Positions 21,380 through 30,221 of a stretch of 64,000 bases of DNA are shown piece after piece. The DNA is taken from positions 23,479 to 87,478 of the forward strand of contig NZ_JAXLWP010000032.1 of assembly GCF_046328425.1 (NCBI RefSeq). Direction: 5' to 3'. The DNA comes from Kouleothrix sp. (GTDB lineage: Bacteria > Chloroflexota > Chloroflexia > Chloroflexales > Roseiflexaceae). Every line of letters starts with the position of its first letter. The first letter of the stretch is position 1. The position numbers were made by a program, and so were the translations under genes. The notes under the pieces were generated by a model, which had not been told where the DNA came from, made no database searches, and saw only the letters and a program-made list of their open reading frames with translations.

Positions 21380-22084
21380 CTACTGCATAGGCGGTGGGCC
21401 GTAGCTGTAGGCTTGCGGCGCGGCCCCCGCCAACCCCTGCTGCACAGCAGTCTGGCCAAGCGCGTGGCCGATCACGCACTGGGCGTAGAAGCTGGTGAAC
21501 AGCGCGCCGAAGCCGCAGGCGATCGCGCCAAGGCCGCCGACCATGCCGGCCAGGATCGCCACCACCAACACCATGGCCCACGCGCCAATGCTCCGGCGCA
21601 CGATCGCCACGACCTCGCCGACGCGCAGCGCCTGCCCAAGGTTGTTCGTGGCGATAAAGCGCGCCAGCGCAGCGAAGCTCAGCAGGCTCAGCGCCAGGCC
21701 AAGCACGATCATCAGCGGCACCAGGCAGATACCCAGCACACCAAACAGCGCGCCCACCTGCTGCTGCCCGCGCTGGCTCGATGCCGCGCCGCCCGAGAAC
21801 GCCGCGACACAGCCAAACAGCAGGCCCAGCACGACCACCGGAAGCGCGTACACCAGCCGGATCACGAAATCGTACAGGCCGCGCATCAGATGGTCGCCAA
21901 ACTCATTCCAGCGCGGCAGCGGGCGCGGGTTGCCCTGCGCCACATTCTGCGCGACCTTCAGCGCATAGCCCAGCACCGCCAGCTGGCCGATCAGCGGGAT
22001 CAGCGAGATCAGTCCGCCGATCAGCACCTTGCCGACCCACTCCTCGTCCTCGAATACGAAGCTGAATGCTTTGCCAATGTCCAT
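21380..22084 (-). CDS. DUF4013-family integral membrane protein
   Basis: MDIGKAFSFVFEDEEWVGKVLIGGLISLIPLIGQLAVLGYALKVAQNVAQGNPRPLPRWNEFGDHLMRGLYDFVI is the characteristic DUF4013 N-terminus. 5-6 TM helices. Confidence 0.6.
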   Translation of the reverse strand: MDIGKAFSFVFEDEEWVGKVLIGGLISLIPLIGQLAVLGYALKVAQNVAQGNPRPLPRWNEFGDHLMRGLYDFVIRLVYALPVVVLGLLFGCVAAFSGGAASSQRGQQQVGALFGVLGICLVPLMIVLGLALSLLSFAALARFIATNNLGQALRVGEVVAIVRRSIGAWAMVLVVAILAGMVGGLGAIACGFGALFTSFYAQCVIGHALGQTAVQQGLAGAAPQAYSYGPPPMQ

Positions 22085-22139
22085 ATGCTGGCTCCTTCAG
22101 TTCTTGTTGAACAGTCGCGTCGACGATCGCTCTATACGA

Positions 22140-22320
22140 TTAGGGCTTAGGCAGTTGGCGCGCTCTGCCTTCGGCAGAGCGCTACTCAATCTCTGTAGCG
22201 CAAGTGCGTAGCTCCACTCCTAGGAAGTTGTTTGAGAAGGGAAGTGCGAGGGGCATAGCCCCTCGCGCACCCCCTTTCAAACAGGCTCTAAAGATATACG
22301 ATACGCCGGGCCCCGGGTTA
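22140..22320. repeat. REP/BIME-like modules (H and partial C) between DUF4013 gene and hydrolase gene
   Basis: ttagggcttaggcagttggcgcgctctgccttcggcagagcgctac (module H, recurring at 41120, 47490 and 62860). gaagggaagtgcgaggggcatagcccctcgcgcaccccctttcaaacaggctctaa (module C tail). Confidence 0.7.
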
Positions 22321-22356
22321 CATGGCGGCCGGCCAGGGCCAGGCTGCGCGAGGCGG

Positions 22357-24252
22357 CTAGCCGCCAAACTCGCGCTCCAGCTCGATCACACGCACGCGCC
22401 GCGTCCAGGTGTAGTCGACCGAGCAGTGCGTCTCGACGCAGCGCTCTTTGTTCAGCGCAATCACGAGCGGGTCGCCAAGGCTGGAGTTCACCACGTCGCG
22501 GGCGCGGCCCTCGTGGGTGAACGGGCCGACATACAGATTCACGTGGTAGGCGCGGTCGACCGACAGATCGCGCTTGCCGTAGATCAGGATGTCGCCGGGC
22601 AGCCAGGTGCTTTCGTTCGTCACCTCGCGCAGCATGCCCTGGTTAGCCGGGTCGGGGCGGTAGTAGTTGGCCGCGCGCGGCCCGGTGCGCCCCGAGCCAG
22701 TCGGATCGGCGACATTGCCCCAGAGCTTGACGCCAACCTCGCTCAGGCAGAAGGTGACCAGGTCGGCGCAGACGATGTCGCGGTCGGGGGCGAACTTGCT
22801 CAGCTGCGGGAACCTGGCCAGGTCGTCGGCGTCGCTGCCGAGCAAGCCAATCGCCAGATTCGCCAGCCGGCTCGCGCGCTCGGGCATGCCGCCGGGCGGC
22901 GGCGGTGGCGGCGGTGGCGCCACGGGCTTAGGCTGCCAGGCGGCCACGGCGGCCGGCAGCGGCAGCGCGCTCAGGCGCTTGATCGCGCCGTCGGCGGCGG
23001 CGTAGAGCGTATCGAGCGCGAACACCTGCACGGTGTAGCTGGCGCCCTCGAACGCCACCGGGCGGGGCGGGCCAAGCGGCGCGCCAAGCTTGTTGGCCGC
23101 TGCGAACTGCTGAAATGGCGCATTCGCGTCGTATGGCGCGCCAATCGCGGCGTAGGTTTCGGCCCAGATCGCAGCGTAGGCCGGGTCGCTGGCGGGCGTC
23201 TCGCTCAGGCGGCGGCAGCGAGTGATCTCGCTGCGCGGCGTGTAGAGCGTATCGCCGGCAAACACCTGCACAGCGTACTTGCCATCGGCGGTGGCATAGT
23301 TGCCGCCGATCGGCGGGCCGAGCCGGGCCTGCAGCGCCACCTGGTGAAACGTCCAGTCGGGGTGAAAGGCCTGGTTGCCCTTGGCCGGCACGCGCGTGGC
23401 GCTGGCCGCCAGGCTCGCGCGGTAGCCGGCCTCAATCAGCGCGCGCGCCAGCCCGCCGGCCGGCACCGAGGCGCCGAGCATGGCATTCAGGCTCTGCACG
23501 GCATCCCAGTTGCGGCCCTCGTTGCAGATCGTGTCGCGCGCGAACGGCTGATAGTCATACGTGCGGCCATCGGCCTGGATGGGCGTCGGGTCGCTGGGGG
23601 CCAGCGGCGCGCCCAGGCCAAATTTGGCGGCGTACAGGTGAAACGACCAGTCGAGATGAAAAGTGCCGCCGCGCTGCTGGTAGGTATGCTCGGCCAGAAA
23701 CTGCCAGAGCCGCTGGGCCGCCTGCGGGTCGGGCGCGTCGCTCAGCACCGGCGGGCGGCGTGGCGCGGCCGGGCGCGGCCGCTCGGGCGGGGGCTGCGCG
23801 GGCAGGTAGTGCTCGAGGCTGCCGAGCCGGCCGGCGCTCTGCGGCGGCTGCCAGCGCACGATCGCGTCGTCTTCGAGGCCATAGTACACCAGCAGCCGGT
23901 CGAGCAGCCAGTGCAGCGCGGCCAGCTGCGCGGCGCCCGAGCCGCCGTCGAGGCGATGCTCAAGCATCACGCCGACGCTGATCAGGTCGATATTGCGGGC
24001 GCGGCGGTTCCAGGCCGCCAGGCCGCTATGGCGCGCGGCGCGCTGGCGGTAAGGCACCAGCTGGCAGATCGCGCCGTCGGCGTCGATGTAGAAGTGCGGG
24101 GCGGCGGTGCTGCCGGGGGCGGTGAAGCTGCCGAGCGCCGCGAGGGCCGGGCCAAGCCGGCTGTGCAGCACGATCGCCTGCACGCGGTTGCTGCGCCGAG
24201 GCTGGCTAGCGGTTGGCGGTGCCGGCAGGCTACGAACCTCGTACTGTGCCAT
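22357..24252 (-). CDS. modular peptidoglycan hydrolase: N-terminal Amidase_2 (N-acetylmuramoyl-L-alanine amidase) + internal duplicated repeats + Pro8 linker + C-terminal CHAP/NlpC-P60-like cysteine peptidase
   Basis: VQAIVLHSRLGP ... APHFYIDADGAICQLVPYRQRAARHSG is Amidase_2/PGRP-like. Repeats DWSFHLYAAKFGLGAPL and HPDWTFHQVALQARLGPPIG / FQQFAAANKLGAPLGPP. PPPPPPPPGG linker. DIVCADLVTFCLSEVG ... YHVNLYVGP is a CHAP-like Cys...His pair. No signal peptide. Confidence 0.75.
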   Translation of the reverse strand: MAQYEVRSLPAPPTASQPRRSNRVQAIVLHSRLGPALAALGSFTAPGSTAAPHFYIDADGAICQLVPYRQRAARHSGLAAWNRRARNIDLISVGVMLEHRLDGGSGAAQLAALHWLLDRLLVYYGLEDDAIVRWQPPQSAGRLGSLEHYLPAQPPPERPRPAAPRRPPVLSDAPDPQAAQRLWQFLAEHTYQQRGGTFHLDWSFHLYAAKFGLGAPLAPSDPTPIQADGRTYDYQPFARDTICNEGRNWDAVQSLNAMLGASVPAGGLARALIEAGYRASLAASATRVPAKGNQAFHPDWTFHQVALQARLGPPIGGNYATADGKYAVQVFAGDTLYTPRSEITRCRRLSETPASDPAYAAIWAETYAAIGAPYDANAPFQQFAAANKLGAPLGPPRPVAFEGASYTVQVFALDTLYAAADGAIKRLSALPLPAAVAAWQPKPVAPPPPPPPPGGMPERASRLANLAIGLLGSDADDLARFPQLSKFAPDRDIVCADLVTFCLSEVGVKLWGNVADPTGSGRTGPRAANYYRPDPANQGMLREVTNESTWLPGDILIYGKRDLSVDRAYHVNLYVGPFTHEGRARDVVNSSLGDPLVIALNKERCVETHCSVDYTWTRRVRVIELEREFGG

Positions 24253-24301
24253 GGGGAGCCTCCTTCCGGGCGTGAAGGGGAACGGGGGCAGCGCCTATGG
24301 T

Positions 24302-24973
24302 TCAGCCGAAGCGCACGTCGCTTTCGGCGGCGACGTACAGCTGCACCACGGCGAGGTGCGCGTAGAGCAGCGCGCTGAACATCAGCCATAGCGCCAGCAG
24401 CGTCAGCGGCCAGGGCAGCAGCCACGCGGCGCCGGCCAGCAGCAGCGCCGGCAGGTAGGCTGGCAGCGAGCGCAGGCGCGCCCTGGCGTAGATCGCGCGC
24501 GCGCGCGGGGCCAGCGCTGCGCGCACGGTGCGCATACCCAGCGCGTTTTCGGCGCGGCCAGTGTCGGCGAAGAGCAGCCGGCCCACAGGGGCAACGCTGG
24601 CGCCAAAGGCCGCAAGCTCGTAGAGCGCCAGCAGCGCCAGCAGCGCCAGCGCCGGCCAGCTCGCGGCGCCGCCGCTGGCGAGCATAGCTGCGGCTAAACA
24701 CAGCAGCGCCAGCCCCAGGCCAAAGATCGGCATGCCGAAAAACAGCACGTCGATCAGCACCGCCAGCAGGCCGGCGATATAGCGGTTGCCCCACTCGCGC
24801 CAGGGCGGCAGCGGCGTGGCGAAGCCCTTGCGCGTCAGATCCATACTCTCGATCACCAGGCCGGCGCCCCACGGGTAGCCGACGATCGTGAGCATCAGGG
24901 CGCCGCCGATCAAGATCTTGCGCCACCAGTGTGGGTCGCGGTGGATGGTGGCGAGCGCGGTGCGTAGGTTCAT
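24302..24973 (-). CDS. DUF4013-like integral membrane protein (paralog of 21380-22084)
   Basis: HRDPHWWRKILIGGALMLTIVGYPWGAGLVIESMDLTRKGFATPLPPWREWGNRYIAGL has the same W..KILIGG ... LP.W architecture. Multiple TM helices. Confidence 0.5.
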   Translation of the reverse strand: MNLRTALATIHRDPHWWRKILIGGALMLTIVGYPWGAGLVIESMDLTRKGFATPLPPWREWGNRYIAGLLAVLIDVLFFGMPIFGLGLALLCLAAAMLASGGAASWPALALLALLALYELAAFGASVAPVGRLLFADTGRAENALGMRTVRAALAPRARAIYARARLRSLPAYLPALLLAGAAWLLPWPLTLLALWLMFSALLYAHLAVVQLYVAAESDVRFG

Positions 24974-25079
24974 TGGCTAGTAGGGCTAGGCCTTACGCGT
25001 CTGCGTGGTTCCGCATCACAGTGCGGCGAGTTTGCAGCCCGCGGCAGCATGGCACCGGTCCATCTTCTGAGTGGGGTTT

Positions 25080-25230
25080 TCGGCGCGGAGCGCGGAAAAC
25101 CCCATACAGTTATTGGATAGTACCGCTCTGCCGAAGGCTGAGCGCGCCAGCCGCGTAAGCCCTAGAGACATCGCGCACAGCTACACAGAACGTACCGCTC
25201 TGCCGGCGGCAGAGCGCGCGAGCGTGCAAA
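25080..25230. repeat. REP-like modules G and H (two copies)
   Basis: ggcgcggagcgcggaaaacccc. gtaccgctctgccgaaggctgagcgcgcc. gtaccgctctgccggcggcagagcgcgcg. Confidence 0.65.
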
Positions 25231-25234
25231 GCCG

Positions 25235-25483
25235 CTAGCTCCCGGCGCCCTTGTTCTCGAGCCGGGCGCGGAAATCGGCCCACAGCTCGCGCTCGCGCGC
25301 GGCGCTGGCCTTGCGTGCCACGGCCACCGTGTCGCTCAGCAGGCCGCTGATATTATCGCGGGTGCCCTCGATGGTGCCGCGGATGCCCTGGCGCGTGGCC
25401 GCGCCCGATCGCGGCGCGGTGAGGATCACCGAGGCCGCGCCGATTGCCGCGCCAACCACAAACCCCAGCAGAAATCGTCCCAT
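25235..25483 (-). CDS. YtxH-like small membrane-anchored protein
   Basis: MGRFLLGFVVGAAIGAASVILTAPRSGAATRQGIRGTIEGTRDNISGL is a YtxH/DUF948-type N-terminal TM followed by a helical region. Confidence 0.5.
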   Translation of the reverse strand: MGRFLLGFVVGAAIGAASVILTAPRSGAATRQGIRGTIEGTRDNISGLLSDTVAVARKASAARERELWADFRARLENKGAGS

Positions 25484-25534
25484 TACTCGCTCCTATCGAT
25501 ACATAGGATTGCCGCGCACATCATACACCAACTT

Positions 25535-27319
25535 TCACACCAGCGCGGCGATATCGGCCTGGGCGCGCGCGATAAACGCCTCGATCGGCATGGCGCCCAG
25601 ATCCTCGCCGCTGCGCAGGCGCACCGCCACCGCGCCGGCCTCCTGCTCTTTGCCGCCGACGATCAGCATGTACGGCACCTTCTGCAGCTGAGCCCGGCGG
25701 ATCTTCGCCTGCATGCGATCCTTGCTCTCGTCCAGCTCGGCGCGCAGCCCGGCGGCCTCGAGCTTCTGCTTCACCTCGCGGCCATACGCGCCGTGCTTCT
25801 CGTCCGAGATCGGGATCACCGCGGCCTGCACCGGCGCCAGCCAGGCCGGGAACGCGCCCGCGAAGTGCTCGATGATCACGCCGAGGAAGCGCTCCGTCGA
25901 GCCCGTGACGGCGCGGTGGATCAGCACCGGCGTGTGCGCCTGGCCGTCTTCGCCGATGTACTCGACCTGCAGGCGCGCCGGCTGGATGAAGTCGATCTGG
26001 ATCGTGCTGAGCTGCCACTCGCGGCCGAGCGCGTCTTTGGCCATGAAATCGGCCTTCGGGCCATAGAATGCCGCCTCGCCCTCGACGGCCTCGTAGGCCA
26101 CGCCATTGGCCTCGAGCGCCAGCTTGAGCGCGGCGATTGCCTTGCCCCACTTCTCGTCGTCGCGCACGAACTTGCCCTCAGCCGCCGGCAGCGAGAGCTG
26201 CACGCGGTAGTCGCTCATCTGGTAGGCCGCCAGCACCTCGCGGATGAGCTGGAGCGCGAGGCTGAACTCGGCCTGGATCTGATCCTCCGTGCAGAACACG
26301 TGGCAGTCGTCCTGCGTGAGCGAGCGCACGCGCGTGAGCCCGCTGAGCGTGCCCGTCGGCTCGTAGCGGTAGAGCGTGGCGAACTCGGCGAAGCGCAGCG
26401 GCAGCTCGCGGTACGAGTGCACGCCCATCTCTTTGAACAGCGTCATGTGGCTTGGGCAGTTCATCGGCTTGAGCCGGTAGGCCACGCCCTCGTCCTCCAT
26501 CGGCGGGAACATGACGTCGGAGTAGTTCTCGTAGTGGCCCGATTTATGGTACAGGCTTTCTTTCACCATGTGGCCCGTCCAGACGTGCTGGTAGCCGTAG
26601 CGCGTCTGCGTCTGTCGCACGAAGCTCTCCATCGTGTGGCGCAGCAGCTCGCCCTTGGGCGTGAACAGCGGCAGCCCCGGCCCGATGTCGTCGGAGAAGT
26701 AGAACAGCCCCAGCTCCTTGCCGAGCTTGCGGTGATCGCGGCGCTTGGCCTCTTCCAGCCGGAACAGATACGCGTCAAGTTCGGCCTTGCTGTTCCAGGC
26801 CGTGCCATAGATCCGCTGCAGCATCGGCCGGGCCGAGTCGCCACGCCAGTAGGCGCCGGCCAAGCTCAGCAGCTTGAAGCCATCGGCGGGGATCTCGCCC
26901 GTGTGCGCCAGGTGCGGCCCGCGGCACAGATCCTCGAACGTATCGTGCGTGTACGTCGAGATCACCGTGTCGCCGTGGTGCGTTTCGCCATACTCGTCGA
27001 GGCCGTGGGCCAGGCCGTCGATCAGCTCGAGCTTATACGGCTGGCTGGCGAACAGCGCGCGCGCGGCCTCGGCGCTGACTTCGTGGTACACGAACGCGTG
27101 GTGCTCGCCAATGATCCGGCGCATGCGCGCCTCGATCGCCGCCAGGTCTTCGGGCGTGAGCGTGCGCGGCAGGTCGAAATCGTAGTAGAAACCATCCTCG
27201 ATCGGCGGGCCGATCGCGATCTTGCCCTCGGGGAACTCTTCCAGCACGGCCTCGGCCATCACGTGCGCGGCCGAGTGCCGCAGCCGGTAGTAGGGGTCTT
27301 TGTCGGGTGATACTGGCAT
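25535..27319 (-). CDS. thrS: threonine--tRNA ligase
   Basis: HSAAHVMAEAVLEEFPEGKIAIGPPIEDGFYYDFD (second additional domain). Class II motifs (RVRSLTQDDCHVF, FYGPKADF). Anticodon-binding C-terminus. 594 aa, so it lacks a separate N-terminal TGS extension. Confidence 0.9.
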   Translation of the reverse strand: MPVSPDKDPYYRLRHSAAHVMAEAVLEEFPEGKIAIGPPIEDGFYYDFDLPRTLTPEDLAAIEARMRRIIGEHHAFVYHEVSAEAARALFASQPYKLELIDGLAHGLDEYGETHHGDTVISTYTHDTFEDLCRGPHLAHTGEIPADGFKLLSLAGAYWRGDSARPMLQRIYGTAWNSKAELDAYLFRLEEAKRRDHRKLGKELGLFYFSDDIGPGLPLFTPKGELLRHTMESFVRQTQTRYGYQHVWTGHMVKESLYHKSGHYENYSDVMFPPMEDEGVAYRLKPMNCPSHMTLFKEMGVHSYRELPLRFAEFATLYRYEPTGTLSGLTRVRSLTQDDCHVFCTEDQIQAEFSLALQLIREVLAAYQMSDYRVQLSLPAAEGKFVRDDEKWGKAIAALKLALEANGVAYEAVEGEAAFYGPKADFMAKDALGREWQLSTIQIDFIQPARLQVEYIGEDGQAHTPVLIHRAVTGSTERFLGVIIEHFAGAFPAWLAPVQAAVIPISDEKHGAYGREVKQKLEAAGLRAELDESKDRMQAKIRRAQLQKVPYMLIVGGKEQEAGAVAVRLRSGEDLGAMPIEAFIARAQADIAALV

Positions 27320-27383
27320 AGCAGACTCCTTTTGGGTTGTCGATGTTGGCGTTCTGGTTAGAATTCAAGCGCATCGTGCGCGG

Positions 27384-27977
27384 TTACTCGGTTGTGATCA
27401 CGATCTCGCCCTGGTCGACGCGCACGTCGGTGATGCGGCGGCCCTGCAGGGCCAGCTGGTCGTTCAGCTGGCGCTCAAGCGCGCCGGTGAGGCTCGGCAG
27501 CGACACCACCCGGCCAAGCGGGCCGTCGAGCTGCGGGTCGACGGCGATGATCCGGCCGTTCTGTACGGCCAGGCCGAGCTTGGCAGTGCTGGTAGTGCCG
27601 AGCGCCTTGAGGTCGGCCTGCACCTGGCCAGGCACAAAGCGCACGGTCACACTGTCGAGCGGCTTAAGCTGGCCGGCGCGCGCGGCCAGGAAGTCGTTGG
27701 CCTGGCCCTCGCTGATGTGCAGCTCGCCCGAGGGCAGCGCGGCGATCGCCGTCGGCAGTGTGCTGGCCGCGCCCTGCACGGCCGTCTGCTCGAGCTGGCC
27801 GTTGGGGTTGCCGCGCAGCTCGTCGCCGATCTGGCTGCCCAGGAAGCGGCTGACCTGCGGGCGCAGCAGGAAGTAGTACAACAGGCCGGCGATCAGCAGG
27901 CCCCACACTAGGATCACCAGCGCTAGCAGGCAGCCGTTGCCGCGCCGGCGGCGGTAGCGCTCTTGTCGGTAGCTCAT
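27384..27977 (-). CDS. membrane-anchored hypothetical protein (DUF2993/LmeA-like beta-rich domain)
   Basis: MSYRQERYRRRRGNGCLLALVILVWGLLIAGLLYYFLL TM anchor followed by a soluble domain. The ORF-track start at 28103 extends into the repeat-like spacer. Confidence 0.45.
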   Translation of the reverse strand: MSYRQERYRRRRGNGCLLALVILVWGLLIAGLLYYFLLRPQVSRFLGSQIGDELRGNPNGQLEQTAVQGAASTLPTAIAALPSGELHISEGQANDFLAARAGQLKPLDSVTVRFVPGQVQADLKALGTTSTAKLGLAVQNGRIIAVDPQLDGPLGRVVSLPSLTGALERQLNDQLALQGRRITDVRVDQGEIVITTE

Positions 27978-28461
27978 GGCTGTGTTCCTCAAACAAAAAA
28001 CCCTCGCCCCATGCTCGGGACGAAGGTATGCTTCGTGGTTCCACCCAAACTTTATTGCGGGCTGCAGATTGCCAACCGAGCGCGCTCGATCGGCGATCTT
28101 CAACCTTCAACCTTGGGGCCGTGTAACGGTGGCAGGCCGCGCCGCCTTACTCTGGTGTTCGGGCGGCGGCTCGGAGGTGGTATCGCCCTGGATCGTGGCC
28201 GGCCGCGCTCGCAGTCGGTGGCGCGGCCTCCCTGATGGCTGTGGCCAGGGGACATATCCTCGTCGTCGGGATCGATATAATACTATTGCCAAAAATCATA
28301 GCACGCGTCTTGCAGATGTCAAGTCGGTCGTCGGGCGGATGTGCCGCTGCTGCCAGGCAAAATGGGCCGGGCAGGCGCGGCGCACGGGCTGGCTCGGCTT
28401 GCATTCCCGCCACGCTGCAGCACATGACGCAACAATGCGCACAATCGAAAGCGAGCACTCA

Positions 28462-29292
28462 ATGGCCAACAAAGACCGGCGGCGCGGCCAGTCGCAGCGC
28501 AAGCACGCCCACCGATCGCTCAACCGCGCGGTGATCAGCGGCAAGCAGACCGAGGACGAGCGGCTGCTGGCGAGCCCGCGCGCCGAGCCGGATTTCACGC
28601 ACTCCGACCCGTGGCGCGTGTTCAGGATCATGGGCGAGTTTGTCGAGGGCTTCGACGCGCTGGCCGGGCTGGGCCAGGCGGTGACAATCTTCGGCTCGGC
28701 GCGCATCCGCGAGGGCGACGCGATGTACGCCGCAGCCGAAACCACCGCGCGGCTGCTGGGCGAGTCCGGCTTCACGATCATCACCGGCGGCGGGCCGGGG
28801 ATCATGGAGGCCGGCAACCACGGCGCGCGCCAGGCCGGCGCGAAGTCGGTGGGCCTGAATATCGAGCTGCCGTTCGAGCAAGGCGTGAACGCGTTTGTCG
28901 ATATCGCGATCGAGTTCCGCTACTTTTTTGTGCGCAAGATGATGTTCGTGAAGTACGCGCAGGCGTTCGTGATCTTCCCCGGCGGCTTCGGCACCATGGA
29001 CGAGCTGTTCGAGGCGCTGACGCTGATCCAGACCGGCAAGGTGCAAGATTTCCCAGTCATCCTGTTCGGCTCGGCCTACTGGCAGGGCCTGATCGGCTGG
29101 CTGCGCGACACAATGCTGGCGGGCGGCAAGATCGCCGAGGCCGACCTGAACCTGCTGGTGCTCTGCGACTCGCCCGAGGAAGTGCGCGATCTGATCGTCA
29201 GGTCGGCGCGCGAGCAGCGCTGGCGCAGCGAGCACGAGGCAGCCGCGCGCGCCGTGACGCGCCAGGTGCTGAGCGAGGGAGAGTCTGGGTAA
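28462..29292 (+). CDS. LOG-family protein (TIGR00730; cytokinin riboside 5'-monophosphate phosphoribohydrolase / lysine-decarboxylase-like)
   Basis: AVTIFGSARIREGDAMYAAAETTARLLGESGFTIITGGGPGIMEAGNHGA ... VIFPGGFGTMDELFEALTLIQTGK contains the GGGxGxM and PGGxGTxxE LOG motifs. The start could be 28435. Confidence 0.8.
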   Translation: MANKDRRRGQSQRKHAHRSLNRAVISGKQTEDERLLASPRAEPDFTHSDPWRVFRIMGEFVEGFDALAGLGQAVTIFGSARIREGDAMYAAAETTARLLGESGFTIITGGGPGIMEAGNHGARQAGAKSVGLNIELPFEQGVNAFVDIAIEFRYFFVRKMMFVKYAQAFVIFPGGFGTMDELFEALTLIQTGKVQDFPVILFGSAYWQGLIGWLRDTMLAGGKIAEADLNLLVLCDSPEEVRDLIVRSAREQRWRSEHEAAARAVTRQVLSEGESG

Positions 29293-29600
29293 TGCCAAAT
29301 TCGCTTGATTATTTACACTTTGGTGGGGGTTTGGGGCGGCTTCGCCGCCCAAATTTCTTAGAAGCCGTTTGAAAAGGGTGGTTTGGAGGACTTCGTCCTC
29401 AAGTATCCACTTTTTCTGGCGGGTGGCGGCCACTGGAACTGTGGCCGACCGCCAGCATAGCCCCTCCGCACCCCTTATTTGCAATGCGGCTCTTATTGTG
29501 TTGCACGACGTGGCTTCGCCACGTCGTGCAACACAATCGATACGTGATCAAGCGAACAGCGTATCACTCAAAGAAATTTCGGGGGCGGCAATGACGCCCC
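29293..29600. repeat. composite REP/BIME-like mosaic (modules B, C, A, D)
   Basis: Module B at 29293. Module C at 29355. Hairpin gtgttgcacgacgtggcttcgccacgtcgtgcaacac (module A, recurring at 3775, 38440 and 62627). tttcgggggcggcaatgacgcccccgaacc (module D, recurring at 39520, 45150 and 46305). Confidence 0.8.
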
Positions 29601-29611
29601 CGAACCTGCGC

Positions 29612-30001
29612 TTAGCCCAGCGGCGCGAACAAATCGATCACTGTGCCGTCGGGGTCGGCGACCTGGGCGTAGCGCTGGCCCCAGAACGCATCCCACGGCT
29701 GCTTGTGGCCATGGAAGCCGGCAGCCACGATCTGGCGGTACAGCGCATCGACATCGGCCGGGCTATCGCACTTGAACGCCAGGCCGATGCGCTGGCCGCG
29801 TGGCGGCTGCCAATCGGCGTCGAAGCTGCGGATCATATCCTCGCTATCCCACGCGATCCGGTAGCCGTTGGGGGTGATCACCTCCACGTGCCCCTCAGCC
29901 TCGGCGCCTTCGGCGATCGCCAGCCCCAGCAGCCGGTAGAACGCCAGCGCGCGGGCCATGTCGCTCACGATGATGCCTATCATATCGGGTTGTACTGCCA
30001 T
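29612..30001 (-). CDS. VOC-family (glyoxalase/bleomycin-resistance fold) protein
   Basis: MAVQPDMIGIIVSDMARALAFYRLLGLAI ... GYRIAWD ... DPDGTVIDLFAP is the VOC beta-alpha-beta-beta-beta fold signature. The ORF-track 5' extension to 30346 is rejected. Confidence 0.75.
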   Translation of the reverse strand: MAVQPDMIGIIVSDMARALAFYRLLGLAIAEGAEAEGHVEVITPNGYRIAWDSEDMIRSFDADWQPPRGQRIGLAFKCDSPADVDALYRQIVAAGFHGHKQPWDAFWGQRYAQVADPDGTVIDLFAPLG

Positions 30002-30221
30002 ACCTGCCTCCTTGCGCCGCCCGGCGCGGTAAGCTCTAGCTGATTTGAAACATGCCTTGGCGTAAGTATAGCAGGCGAATGGCGGCGCGAGATGCAACGT
30101 GGCGGTTTCGGCAAAGCCGAAACCGCCACGCTGCCTTTGGTTTCCTTTCCCCTGCCAAGGGAGCGGGCGAGGGCATCGAAGGGCGTCGCACCAGCCCGCT
30201 CGCCCGACACAGGCCCGCCGC

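Noticed and set aside
22204-24378. 724-aa + strand ORF antisense to the Amidase_2-CHAP gene
   Set aside because: It is a high-GC antisense artefact. It starts inside a REP module and has no recognisable domains.
21380-24973. Prophage interpretation of the amidase/CHAP region
   Set aside because: There are no integrase, terminase, capsid, portal or tail genes, and no att-like direct repeats flanking the region. Only the lysis-like module is present.
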